From: an uncultured Ruminococcus sp.
GTDB taxonomy: Bacteria > Bacillota > Clostridia > Oscillospirales > Acutalibacteraceae
Direction: 5' to 3'
DNA: 32,000 nucleotides
Assembly: GCA_902772955.1 (NCBI GenBank)
Contig: CACYCV010000161.1
Coordinates: forward strand, 9,561-41,560
Shown: positions 8,490 to 17,684 of the stretch, piece by piece
Numbering within the stretch: position 1 is the stretch's first letter
How the letters are laid out: each line of letters opens with the position of its first letter
The notes under the pieces: generated by a model
Told to the model about the DNA's origin: nothing
Databases searched by the model: none
What the model saw: only the letters and a program-made list of their open reading frames with translations
Made by a program: the position numbers and the translations under genes

Positions 8490-9635
8490 ATGAATCAAAA
8501 TCAGAAAAAAGCTGGTGCCAGCCTGTTGGTTTTGTTGCTTGCGGCTCTGATCGCGCTCAGCGGCTGCACAAAAAATTCTGAAAGTCAGGAACAATCCCAT
8601 GCTGGGTCCGGTGTTTCTTCAGTTTCAGAAACGGTCAGCAGTGCTCATACTTCGGAGGAAAAAGTATCCTCTCTTTCTTCTGTGTCTCAGGAGGATGATC
8701 TGCAGCATTCCCTGGAGGAACAGGCTAAGTCCAATTCCTTTGAGGGTTTAATTGTCATCGCCAAGAAAGGACAGCGGGTGGCATCCTATTCTAACGGAAA
8801 GCTGGAAAACGGAGAACCCATTACAGCGGATACGCCTATGCCTGTGGGATCCGTTTCCAAACAATTCTGTGCCGCTGCCATCCTGCAATTAAGCGAAAAA
8901 GGGAAATTATCACTGGATGAACCCATTGCTCGTTATTTTCCGGAGTATGAGCCAGGAAAGAAAATCACAATCCGTCATCTTCTGATGATGAGGGCATCAG
9001 ATGTGGATTTTTCAGAGGCAATTTTTGAGCTAACCTCCGAAAATAATACCTATGAAAAAAATACTTCCATCGTTAAAGAGGATATTTTCAGCAAGGAAGT
9101 CCACTCAGAACCGGATACCGGCTTCTTCTACTCTAACGCCAATTATTTTTTGCTGGCAGATATTATTGAGCAGATAACCGGTCAGCGATATATCGATTAT
9201 CTCCGGGAAAATATTTTGACACCCCTGGGTATGGTTCACACCGGATCCATTGATGAGCTTGGATCTTCCCCGTCGTGGCTTCAGGGAATTGATTTTAAAA
9301 AGGTAAATCGTCAGCCGGCTATTACTAAAGGCGCCGGTGATATCATTTCTAATGCGGAAGATATGAATCTATGGTTGAAGGGACTCAGCAGCGGAAAGGT
9401 GATTTCTCAGGAAGACTATGAAGAAATGATTACAGACTATAGCAACGGTGAGGGCTACGGCTATGGCATTCGTACGGATTTCGGAGGAGGTATCGGCCAT
9501 TTTGGTGAGATTGGCAGTTATGTTGCGGCTGACTACCTTGATCCCGAAGAGGATATTACAATTTTTATTGTCAGCGGGACGATGTCCACTGCGTATCTGA
9601 CGCAATTCTTTTTCTCATTGGTCCGGATTCTGTAA
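8490..9635 (+). CDS. Beta-lactamase-family (class C/PBP-like) serine hydrolase lipoprotein
   Basis: Lipobox LIALSGC. SVSK motif (PVGSVSKQFCAAAI), YSNANY, and a C-terminal beta-lactamase-like layout. Start at ATG 8490 after GAGGAGG. Confidence 0.85.
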   Translation: MNQNQKKAGASLLVLLLAALIALSGCTKNSESQEQSHAGSGVSSVSETVSSAHTSEEKVSSLSSVSQEDDLQHSLEEQAKSNSFEGLIVIAKKGQRVASYSNGKLENGEPITADTPMPVGSVSKQFCAAAILQLSEKGKLSLDEPIARYFPEYEPGKKITIRHLLMMRASDVDFSEAIFELTSENNTYEKNTSIVKEDIFSKEVHSEPDTGFFYSNANYFLLADIIEQITGQRYIDYLRENILTPLGMVHTGSIDELGSSPSWLQGIDFKKVNRQPAITKGAGDIISNAEDMNLWLKGLSSGKVISQEDYEEMITDYSNGEGYGYGIRTDFGGGIGHFGEIGSYVAADYLDPEEDITIFIVSGTMSTAYLTQFFFSLVRIL

Positions 9636-9707
9636 GGGTGTACACGAATTGTGTAAGAACAATGATCAGAATATGATATAATAGAAGTATCATCAGCAAC
9701 AATCGAG

Positions 9708-10397
9708 GTGAATACCGTGAATCAATGCCTTCGGATTGCACTTGTCCCTGCGTATTGTCCGGATAAAAAGTTGATTTCACTGACAAAGCAGCTTTCAGAG
9801 AAAGGCTTTTCTGTGGTTGTGGTCAATGACGGAAGCAGTCCAAGCTATGCCGCTGTTTTTCAAAACGCTTCCCAATATGCCACTATTTTGTCACATTGTT
9901 CCAACCGCGGCAAGGGAGCAGCAATCAAAACTGGTCTTGGCTATATCAGAAAGCACTTTCTCCCTCCCTATGTGGTGGTGACCTGTGATGCTGACGGACA
10001 GCACCTGGTAAAAGATATCATCACTGTGACGAATCAGGCGGTTGCCTGCCGGAATGTACTTGTTGTCGGCAGTCGAAAAATGGATATTTCCACCCCCTTC
10101 CGCAGTCTGTTTGGAAATATGATGACCCGGGTGATTTTTCGGATGCGTACCCACTGCCATATTCACGATACCCAGTCAGGATTGAGAGCTTTCTCGGATT
10201 CGCTGGTGAAGACGCTGATGGCTATTCGGGGAGATCGCTATGAATATGAAATCAATGTGTTGCTTTTATTTGCCAGACAAAAGCGAAAAATCCTCGAGCT
10301 CCCGGTTCATACCGTGTATTTTGAAAAAAACAGCTCTTCTCATTTTCGATTGATGAAGGATTCGTTTCGTATCTACAGGGAAATATTCCGACACTAA
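9708..10397 (+). CDS. Glycosyltransferase family 2 (DPM1-like)
   Basis: IALVPAYCPDKKLISLTKQL...VVVVNDGSS...GKGAAIKTGLGYI...VVTCDADGQH...DTQSGLRAFS. GTG start. Confidence 0.85.
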   Translation: MNTVNQCLRIALVPAYCPDKKLISLTKQLSEKGFSVVVVNDGSSPSYAAVFQNASQYATILSHCSNRGKGAAIKTGLGYIRKHFLPPYVVVTCDADGQHLVKDIITVTNQAVACRNVLVVGSRKMDISTPFRSLFGNMMTRVIFRMRTHCHIHDTQSGLRAFSDSLVKTLMAIRGDRYEYEINVLLLFARQKRKILELPVHTVYFEKNSSSHFRLMKDSFRIYREIFRH

Positions 10398-10398
10398 A

Positions 10399-10433
10399 CA
10401 AAGGACCTGTGTTTCTCAAGCACAGGTCCTTTG
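10399..10433. terminator. Perfect 13-bp hairpin CAAAGGACCTGTG/CACAGGTCCTTTG between convergent genes
   Basis: Arms 10399-10411 and 10421-10433. Confidence 0.7.
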
Positions 10434-10471
10434 CTGTAGACAGCGGGACTAACAAAAGATAATGATGGAAT

Positions 10472-11476
10472 TCATGCAATGGCATGTCGATAAAATGAAA
10501 GCACCTGGTTCATATAATTTTCATCAAGAATATTTGCCTGATGTTTGTCCGTGGGGTTATCGGTTTTGGCAAGATAACGGGCAGCATCCTCCCGGAGCCA
10601 GAGAGTATTATGCCCGCCCCGATAGGGAGCTTCAATCAGTAGAGTAACCGCATTTGGGTTGGTGATTTCATCCTTTTTGTGCAGGATACTGATATCCTCC
10701 GTGACGATGTCGTCAGTGTTTCCGCCAATGATCAGAACAGGTGTCCTGACGGAATTAACGGCAGCTATGACAGTTTCGTTGGAATCATTTCCGAAGAGGA
10801 AATAATTTTGCAGGCACATAAAGGGGTATTGCAAATCGGCCAGAAAACCCACATAGCGTCTGGCATGATGCAGCATATTTTCGTTGGGTTCATTGAAGCC
10901 GGCAACGCAAACCGCTGCCCGGATGCTGTCATCATCCTGCAGAGCTGTTCCCACCGCATATCCGCCAAGAGAATGGCCGTAGAGCAGAAGCGGAAGCCAA
11001 CAGAGGTCTGATCTGCTCCGGATATACGCTATGGCAGACCTGACATCCAGCCGTGCCTGGGCAATTCCCACGGTTCCGTTTCCCTGACTGTGTCCTACCC
11101 CTGTGTATTCAAAGGTGAATACGGAAAAACCGTTGTCTACAAACCAAAGTATTTCCGGCAAATGGCGGTCAATACAACAGTTCATTCCGTTTGCCAACAG
11201 AATAATTCCGCTTGATTTCTCTTTCGGCTGGTACAAGCATCCAAAAAGCTGTTGATTTCCTGATGGAAACCAAAGCTCTTCACGGGGATACCGATCCTGA
11301 TCAATGTCATCGTAGGTCAGCTCATAAGGGGCAATGGAACCGGAGCGGGAAAAGATGATCTGAAAAATGATAACGGATCCCGCCATGGATACCACCACAT
11401 AAGAAAGAGTGGAAACGATCAGAATAATGCACACCTTCCTGATTCGCCGTCGTTTAGGTGTCACCGGCTTTTTCAT
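10472..11476 (-). CDS. Membrane-anchored alpha/beta hydrolase
   Basis: N-terminal TM (IILIVSTLSYVVVSMAGSVIIF), TFEYTGVGHSQG, nucleophile elbow LLYGHSLGGYAVG and C-terminal GGHNTL. Confidence 0.82.
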   Translation of the reverse strand: MKKPVTPKRRRIRKVCIILIVSTLSYVVVSMAGSVIIFQIIFSRSGSIAPYELTYDDIDQDRYPREELWFPSGNQQLFGCLYQPKEKSSGIILLANGMNCCIDRHLPEILWFVDNGFSVFTFEYTGVGHSQGNGTVGIAQARLDVRSAIAYIRSRSDLCWLPLLLYGHSLGGYAVGTALQDDDSIRAAVCVAGFNEPNENMLHHARRYVGFLADLQYPFMCLQNYFLFGNDSNETVIAAVNSVRTPVLIIGGNTDDIVTEDISILHKKDEITNPNAVTLLIEAPYRGGHNTLWLREDAARYLAKTDNPTDKHQANILDENYMNQVLSFYRHAIA

Positions 11477-11526
11477 AAGACTCTTCCTTTCTATTTTGGG
11501 CTGTCTGAACAACATTTATACAAAAA

Positions 11527-11550
11527 AAGCACCGACATCGATCGGTGCTT
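11527..11550 (-). terminator. Intrinsic terminator downstream of the zinc-ribbon gene
   Basis: Minus strand AAGCACCGA-n6-TCGGTGCTT followed by TTTTT. Arms 11542-11550 and 11527-11535. Confidence 0.8.
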
Positions 11551-11556
11551 TCGTCA

Positions 11557-11973
11557 TTACAGTTTACCAAGCTTGCTCATAGCAACGGAGGTTTTCAGTG
11601 CGTCAGGGTGCTGAATGGCCATGATAATTAGGAAGGTATAAAGGATTGTCATGCCGATACTTGCAAAGATACCGGCAATAGCAAGCTTCTTGCCAATCCG
11701 GACCTGCTTTGAGATATCACCATAGGTCGAAACATAGTTATTGGCCTTAACGATGCCAATAATGGAAAAAATCAGACCGAAAATAGCCAAGCAACAGCCA
11801 ACAGCCACAGATACAATACCAAATACCAATACCTGAACGTGATTTCCCTGTGATTGTGTGCCCATAGAAGAATTGGGCTGAGTTTGATAGGGTGCTGCTC
11901 CGGCAACGGGTGTTCCACACCTCGGGCAAAAAAACTGCCCATCAACGGGTGTTCCGCATTTCTGACAAATCAT
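11557..11973 (-). CDS. Small zinc-ribbon membrane protein (DUF4190-like)
   Basis: Two CxxC knuckles (MICQKCGTPVDGQFFCPRCGTPV) followed by two TM segments. Start at 11973 after AGGAG. Confidence 0.75.
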   Translation of the reverse strand: MICQKCGTPVDGQFFCPRCGTPVAGAAPYQTQPNSSMGTQSQGNHVQVLVFGIVSVAVGCCLAIFGLIFSIIGIVKANNYVSTYGDISKQVRIGKKLAIAGIFASIGMTILYTFLIIMAIQHPDALKTSVAMSKLGKL

Positions 11974-12011
11974 AGAATACTCCTTTCCTGCAGTTTCCTG
12001 CAAACACAAAA

Positions 12012-12986
12012 TCATTCGCCGAGAATACCATCGGTTACTGTCTTATTATGACATAATTCTCCTAAAAAATCAACTATTACCTGATCATATTTTTCCGAAG
12101 CATGTATTTTTATATGAGAATGTGCCCCTTTTTCAAAATACACCAGTCGTTTAGGAGCAGGGCACTGCTCATACAAGACCTTGGCCTTTTCAGGAAGTGA
12201 AAAAATGTCTTCTTTGCTTTGCAGCATCAGAATAGGCTTTCGCAGGTTTCTGATCCGGAAAATCGGTCCGTCTTTTTTGATATCATAGCCTGAAAACAAT
12301 CGTATATAGCCCCGAAGCTCCCATAAGGCCGGATAGACCGGCTGATGAAAGGCCTTGATGCGATAATACAGCATATCATAGAACCGGGTAAACATTCCCT
12401 CGCTTGTCATTCCCTGCACATAATCGGGACAGTCTCCGGAGGTCAGGGCAAACAGCGCATGAGAAGCGCCGATGCAGATTCCGTGAAGAAATACCAGTTG
12501 ATTATTCATCTCATCATGCAGCATGCGGCACCAGCAGAGCACATCCTGGTATTCCCGATAGCCAAGGGAGTTGACTACGCCATCGGATTTTCCATGAGAA
12601 CGGCAGTCTATTACCAGAACATTATAGTCCGCCCTGCGGTAGGCTTCGGCAAAATAATAGGAGTATAACATAGACTCCGTTCTGCCGGAGATAATGATTA
12701 CAGCTTTGTCTGAGTTAAAATCAAAATACTCACCGAACAAATGATACTTGCCGCTGTAGAGATCGACAGGACAACGACGCCTGACGTACTTCTCTGCCCA
12801 TTCCAGGCCTGTATAATACATTTCTGTGATTTCTTTATCCTTTGGGACGCTGCATTTTCTGGCCCATTTTCCCTTTCGGGTACGTACCAGCAATATCAGG
12901 TACAGAACGGCCGGGACAATGATCAAAGGAGCAATAACCAGAAAAAATACAGCAATTCCTATCAGAATTCCAATCCAGATATTCAT
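12012..12986 (-). CDS. Membrane-anchored alpha/beta-hydrolase-fold protein with GxCxG in place of GxSxG
   Basis: N-terminal TM MNIWIGILIGIAVFFLVIAPLIIVPAVLYLILL; VLVIDCRSHGKSDG; elbow region LHGICIGASHAL; C-terminal GAHSHI. Confidence 0.75.
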   Translation of the reverse strand: MNIWIGILIGIAVFFLVIAPLIIVPAVLYLILLVRTRKGKWARKCSVPKDKEITEMYYTGLEWAEKYVRRRCPVDLYSGKYHLFGEYFDFNSDKAVIIISGRTESMLYSYYFAEAYRRADYNVLVIDCRSHGKSDGVVNSLGYREYQDVLCWCRMLHDEMNNQLVFLHGICIGASHALFALTSGDCPDYVQGMTSEGMFTRFYDMLYYRIKAFHQPVYPALWELRGYIRLFSGYDIKKDGPIFRIRNLRKPILMLQSKEDIFSLPEKAKVLYEQCPAPKRLVYFEKGAHSHIKIHASEKYDQVIVDFLGELCHNKTVTDGILGE

Positions 12987-13018
12987 CCGTTTTCCTCGCT
13001 TTTCTATTAACGATGGGG

Positions 13019-14683
13019 TTATACAAGTCCAAGAATCCAGTGATAGACACTCTGTCCCCCGTTGACAAATTCAACATCCAGAGTGGGATAGGCTTCACCC
13101 AGCGCCCGCAGCAGGATTTCCTCGTGTTCCTCCGGAACACCTTCTCCGCGGAAAACCACGCAGGTTTCCTTATCCTCCATATCCTCCACTTCCTGAAGAC
13201 CCTGCATAATCGGCGTAAGCCATTGATTGCTGACACAAACAAGATGATGATCCAGCAGCAGGATCTCGTCTCCCTTCCGGCAGCTGACAGATCCCTCGGT
13301 ATAATCCCGGAAGGCAGTTGTTTCACAAAGTGTAACGGTGTTTTCCATGCCGCCGGTCATTTCACTGATGCGAAAATCAATGTCGGTACTATTGCTGACA
13401 TCCATTGCCATGGCGAAATAACCTTCTGCGATGCTTTTGGAGGGAAGCACGGTGACTATTTTTTTATCGTACAGTTTGATAGCTTGCTGCGCGGCAAGAA
13501 TCACATTCGGATGGTTGGGAAGAACGACGATAGCATCTGCGTCCAGGCCGGCAAAGGCATCCAGAAACTCCTGGGATGAGGTATTCATGGTGGAACCGCC
13601 GTCAATGACAACGTCACATCCCAGATCGGAAAATATCCGTTTCATTCCTTCTCCGTTGGCAACCGCAACGGTAGCCAGCAGCTTGTGAATTTTCCTGGGC
13701 TTCTGAGAGGAAAGCAGCTTTTCATGTTCGTTGTGCTGAACCTGCATATTTTCCAGCTTAAAGGTCAGAAACTCGCCGTAACGCTGGCTAAGCAGAATTA
13801 CCTTCGCTGGGGACAGGGTATGAATATGTACCTTGATCCGTTTTTCGTCCTGAACCACGACCAAAGAATTGCCGCATTCCTTCAAGGCTTCTATATATTC
13901 CTCCAGCACGAAATCCTGCCGGTAGCAGGGTGCCTTCAGCAGCTGCAGAATATACTCCATACAGTAGCCGTCCTGAAAGCTGCTGTTTTCATCAAACAGA
14001 TCAAATCCGGCTCCGGTGGAAGCAGTGCTTTCTTCAGGAGCAGTGTCACTGATGATCTCTCCCCTGAGATAAGAGAGAATTCCCTCGGTAATCGTAATAA
14101 ATCCAAGGGCACCGCTGTCAACCACGCCGGCCTCTTTGAGTACAGGAAGCAGTTCCGGCGTTTTATCAAGGAGATTATTCATCGTGGAAAGATAGCGGGA
14201 AAGAAAATCCTCTAAACTCAATTCAGGTGTAACGGAATCCCTGATGGTTTCGATCCCCTCCCGGGTGACGGTGAGAATGGTTCCTTCTGTGGGGTTGACA
14301 ACCGCCTTATAGGCGACCTGATAGCCCTTGACCAGACCTTGACTGTATTCTACCGTTCCGATGGACTGACAATCCCGAAGCACAAGACTAAAGCCCTTGA
14401 AAAACTGAGACAGGATCACGCCGGAATTCCCTCTGGCACCCAGCAGCATCCCTTTGCTGAAGCGTTCCATATAAGCGCCGAGATGATTATCTGAGCCGGC
14501 ATATCGGATGCCGCTTTCCAATGTCAGACGCATATTGGTTCCGGTATCTCCGTCTGAAACAGGAAAAACATTCAGGCGGTTTATTTCCCGTTCCAATTGT
14601 CGGAGTCTTGCCAGTCCGTTTTTCAGCATTTTTTCAAACTGTAAGCCGTCAATTCTTTTTTCGCTCGTCACGGTGGTGATCAC
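13019..14683 (-). CDS. fakA: DAK2/DhaL-domain fatty acid kinase FakA-like (YloV family)
   Basis: IDGLQFEKMLKNGLARLRQLEREINRLNVFPVSDGDTGTNMRLTL and GARGNSGVILSQFFKGF. GTG start overlaps the degV-like stop (GTGA). Confidence 0.85.
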   Translation of the reverse strand: MITTVTSEKRIDGLQFEKMLKNGLARLRQLEREINRLNVFPVSDGDTGTNMRLTLESGIRYAGSDNHLGAYMERFSKGMLLGARGNSGVILSQFFKGFSLVLRDCQSIGTVEYSQGLVKGYQVAYKAVVNPTEGTILTVTREGIETIRDSVTPELSLEDFLSRYLSTMNNLLDKTPELLPVLKEAGVVDSGALGFITITEGILSYLRGEIISDTAPEESTASTGAGFDLFDENSSFQDGYCMEYILQLLKAPCYRQDFVLEEYIEALKECGNSLVVVQDEKRIKVHIHTLSPAKVILLSQRYGEFLTFKLENMQVQHNEHEKLLSSQKPRKIHKLLATVAVANGEGMKRIFSDLGCDVVIDGGSTMNTSSQEFLDAFAGLDADAIVVLPNHPNVILAAQQAIKLYDKKIVTVLPSKSIAEGYFAMAMDVSNSTDIDFRISEMTGGMENTVTLCETTAFRDYTEGSVSCRKGDEILLLDHHLVCVSNQWLTPIMQGLQEVEDMEDKETCVVFRGEGVPEEHEEILLRALGEAYPTLDVEFVNGGQSVYHWILGLV

Positions 14684-15615
14684 TCCGATGCATTCAGTAA
14701 TTTCGTGAAAAGTTCCTTCTCTTCCTGCAGATCCTTCGAAATGGATTTTCCCATATAATAGGCCGCCATCAGACCAGGTCCGATATTAATGCCGGAACCA
14801 GGAAAGACATCTACAATTCGGATTTCCTTGGGATGAATGGTTTCTTCGATCATTTTTTTATACTGCTCAGCCTGCGGGAGCCGGTTGGACTGGGCGATAA
14901 AAATCATCTGAGTTTCCGGATGCTCAATGGTAGCGGCGATATACTTCAAAAGAACGCTGTAGGCTTTTTTAGCTCCCTTTGCCTTGCCTAGGACAGTTGT
15001 CATTCCGTTATAGTCGAATTCTCCGATGGGCTTGACGCCGATCAGTGTTCCCATCAGGGCCGCGGCATGATTGATTCTACCCTTTTTGGCAACAAAGGAA
15101 AGATCGTCCAACCAGCCCGCCTGATGATAACGACATTTGTTTTCTTCAATCCAGGCGGCAGTCTCTTCCAGCGTTTTTCCTTGGCTGCGAAGCAAAGATG
15201 CACGGACAGCAATCAGTCCAAAGCCTGGTCCGAAGCGCAGGGAGTCAATGAGACGGATATCCGCATGGGGGTATTCTTCCTTGACCTGCTCGATACCCTT
15301 TGCGGCAAAACTGTAGCTTCCGCTCATGGTTGAGGACATGGTGATAACAAGAATGCCATAGCCCTGCTTGAGATATTCTCTGAAGGCTTCTGCAAACAAT
15401 TCAGGGTTTGGCGGTGAAGTGGAATAGCCGTTGGGATTCTTTTTCAGCTTATTGTAAAAATCTTCCCGGTCATAGGTTTTCCAGCTCAGAAACTGCCTGA
15501 TATCCGTATTATCCGGCAGATGAATGTGGCCGACAACCGTCTTGATGTCGAATTCCTGCTGCATCTCTTCGCTGAGATCAGAGGTGCCGTCTGCAATGAT
15601 GATGAATTTCTTCAT
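14680..15615 (-). CDS. DegV family fatty-acid-binding protein (FakB-like)
   Basis: MKKFIIIADGTSDLSEEM...YSTSPPNPELF...LVITMSSTMSGSYSFA...GRINHAAALMGTLIGVKPI. Confidence 0.88.
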   Translation of the reverse strand: MKKFIIIADGTSDLSEEMQQEFDIKTVVGHIHLPDNTDIRQFLSWKTYDREDFYNKLKKNPNGYSTSPPNPELFAEAFREYLKQGYGILVITMSSTMSGSYSFAAKGIEQVKEEYPHADIRLIDSLRFGPGFGLIAVRASLLRSQGKTLEETAAWIEENKCRYHQAGWLDDLSFVAKKGRINHAAALMGTLIGVKPIGEFDYNGMTTVLGKAKGAKKAYSVLLKYIAATIEHPETQMIFIAQSNRLPQAEQYKKMIEETIHPKEIRIVDVFPGSGINIGPGLMAAYYMGKSISKDLQEEKELFTKLLNASE

Positions 15616-15621
15616 GGTTTT

Positions 15622-16572
15622 TCACTCCTTTGAAAAATCAGGGAAGTAATGTCTGACAAATGACAAGAGAACCTGTTCTGCCCGCTGTCGATCCTCCAGG
15701 AAACTGAGAGTATGGTGTCCGTTTTCCATCAGGAGAAATTCTTTTGGAGAGGCACAGGCATCATAGATAACCTGTCCCCAGTGTGGATCAACGGTCAGAT
15801 CGTTGGTTCCCTGTACCACCAATACCGGGCACTTTGCATGAGAAAGTGCTGCTGTAGTGGGGGTTTTGATATCAACATGAAAGAAGATTCCGGCCATCAG
15901 ACGTTCTGTCAGAAGGAGAATCTTCGGTATGTGACGCTTAATGGCGTCGCTTCGCATCTGTTCATGGACAGAATAGTAGCAGCTGTCCAGCACAATGCCA
16001 CGTACAATGTCCGGATCCAACGTATCAGAGGCATAGGCAATGGCCGAGGCACCCATGGACAAGCCGTAAAGCAGTATCTGCGTTGCCCCCTGCTTCTGTG
16101 ACCATTGGATCCAGGAAAACACATCTTTTTTTTCACGCAGTCCGATGGTGGTCCAGTGTCCCTCACTCTGACCGTGAGAACGGTGGCAGATTAACAAAAC
16201 ATTAAAGCCGTTCCTACGGAAGAAATCAGCCTGTCCGGAACAGTTGGTGTACATTTCTGCCCCAAGGCCATGAAAGATAATTGCCGTACGGGGATAACCG
16301 CCGTCATAGTATTCGCCGTAAAGCTTTAATCCATCATAGGAAACAGTGCTGACCGGATGATGCTCTTGTGAAAGGATACTGCTGCGGGCTGAGGCGATTC
16401 TGTCCAGATATGGAATATAATAGTGATTGCGAAAACGCTTCCGATTATACTGCTCAAAAGGTACCGATTTTTTTCTTCTGAAAACCAAAACAAAAACCAC
16501 CAGGGTGGGAGCGATGATAAACACCAGCAAGCAGGCGGCGGCAATCAGAAGAATGATTCCCCAGACAGACAT
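15622..16572 (-). CDS. Membrane-anchored alpha/beta hydrolase (Ser nucleophile)
   Basis: N-terminal TM, AIIFHGLGAEMY, LLICHRSHGQSEG, LYGLSMGASAI and C-terminal NGHHTL. Confidence 0.85.
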   Translation of the reverse strand: MSVWGIILLIAAACLLVFIIAPTLVVFVLVFRRKKSVPFEQYNRKRFRNHYYIPYLDRIASARSSILSQEHHPVSTVSYDGLKLYGEYYDGGYPRTAIIFHGLGAEMYTNCSGQADFFRRNGFNVLLICHRSHGQSEGHWTTIGLREKKDVFSWIQWSQKQGATQILLYGLSMGASAIAYASDTLDPDIVRGIVLDSCYYSVHEQMRSDAIKRHIPKILLLTERLMAGIFFHVDIKTPTTAALSHAKCPVLVVQGTNDLTVDPHWGQVIYDACASPKEFLLMENGHHTLSFLEDRQRAEQVLLSFVRHYFPDFSKE

Positions 16573-16584
16573 ATCTTCACCCTC

Positions 16585-17430
16585 CTACATAAAACGCTTT
16601 TTGCCAAGCAATGCAGCAAAGTCATTTTCCACCCAGAAGTATCTGGCTGCTGCTGCATTTTTTCCGCTGATGGAAACGGGGATTTCCGGCTCTCTCAGTG
16701 TCTTGACCACATCGCCGTCCGGAGTATCTGTTCTGAGAATGACAGCCTCATTGGATACGGCAACAGCGGCAACGGATCCGGTACTGCTCATGGAAAAATG
16801 GAAGCTGCTGCAGACCCATTTTCCGCTGAGCTTTCGTTTCAGTCCGGCTTTTGACAAATCCGTGTGAAAGGAACGTTCCGCTGCAATCGACATAAGCCTC
16901 CAGCAGGTGATTACCCTGCGCCGTTCTTCCTCCTGACGGAAGGCCTGAATCTCCCGCAGGAGCTTTTCCGGAAGTGTATCCGGTATCGCATGTGCATCAG
17001 TGACAGCCGACAGATAGACATCGCAGATCCGTTGATTCGCCCATCGTTTTCGGACCTCCTCTTCCTGACTGCAGCGAGAGATGCCGAAGATACATTCATT
17101 GACAAAATGCTCACAGTTATGATGGATCAGATCATAACCTCCCTCTCCCAGACGGGAGCGGGCTTTCCGGATCGTTTCCTCAGGAGGAAAGCGCTTCTTC
17201 AGCTCGCCTCGTTCGAGGCAGGCAGTTTCTATGATACAGCCGCAGGAAAAAACGTCAATATTGGTGGCAAGAACAACGACTTCTCCTTCGGCTGCCCGGT
17301 TTTCCGCAGTAGGAGGCAGTCCGAACTGGATGATCTCATTTTCACTGACAAAAATCCCGTAATGATAGAGCGCTCCCAGGCGAACCCGGATCATATCACC
17401 GGGATGACATTCTTTTGGCTCCCATTTCAT
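16585..17430 (-). CDS. LRAT-domain (NlpC/P60-like permuted papain fold) protein with extra C-terminal region
   Basis: GDMIRVRLGALYHYGIFVSENEIIQFG and HHNCEHFVNECIFG are LRAT-like H and NCEHF motifs. The C-terminal ~100 aa are not explained by LRAT. Confidence 0.7.
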   Translation of the reverse strand: MKWEPKECHPGDMIRVRLGALYHYGIFVSENEIIQFGLPPTAENRAAEGEVVVLATNIDVFSCGCIIETACLERGELKKRFPPEETIRKARSRLGEGGYDLIHHNCEHFVNECIFGISRCSQEEEVRKRWANQRICDVYLSAVTDAHAIPDTLPEKLLREIQAFRQEEERRRVITCWRLMSIAAERSFHTDLSKAGLKRKLSGKWVCSSFHFSMSSTGSVAAVAVSNEAVILRTDTPDGDVVKTLREPEIPVSISGKNAAAARYFWVENDFAALLGKKRFM

Positions 17431-17684
17431 GACAATGCGCCCTCGATATAGCTGATAACATCTCCGACGGTCTGGAATTCGTTCATGGAAACGCCGGAGA
17501 AGCGGATCTGAAATTCCTCTTCTGTGGCAATAATCAGATAAAGCATATTGACTGAGGTCAGTCCCAGGTCATATTGCAGGTTGGTTTGTTCATCAATCGT
17601 TTCGATGATGTCACCGCTGCGCTCATCCATAGAATAGAGAATTCCTTTTAAGCGTTCCAGTATTTCTTTTTTACTCATTGACAT
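17427..17684 (-). CDS. Stand-alone acyl carrier protein
   Basis: 85 aa; DEQTNLQYDLGLTSVNMLYLIIATEEEFQIRF with a Ser at the 4'-phosphopantetheine position (LTS instead of DSL). Confidence 0.85.
   Translation of the reverse strand: MSMSKKEILERLKGILYSMDERSGDIIETIDEQTNLQYDLGLTSVNMLYLIIATEEEFQIRFSGVSMNEFQTVGDVISYIEGALS

Noticed and set aside
13013-13579. Plus-strand ORF of 188 aa
   Set aside because: Antisense to the fakA-like gene, which has strong family motifs. No RBS or domain was seen.
16864-17451. Plus-strand ORF of 195 aa
   Set aside because: Antisense to the LRAT-like gene. Its codons mirror the coding strand and no family is recognisable.
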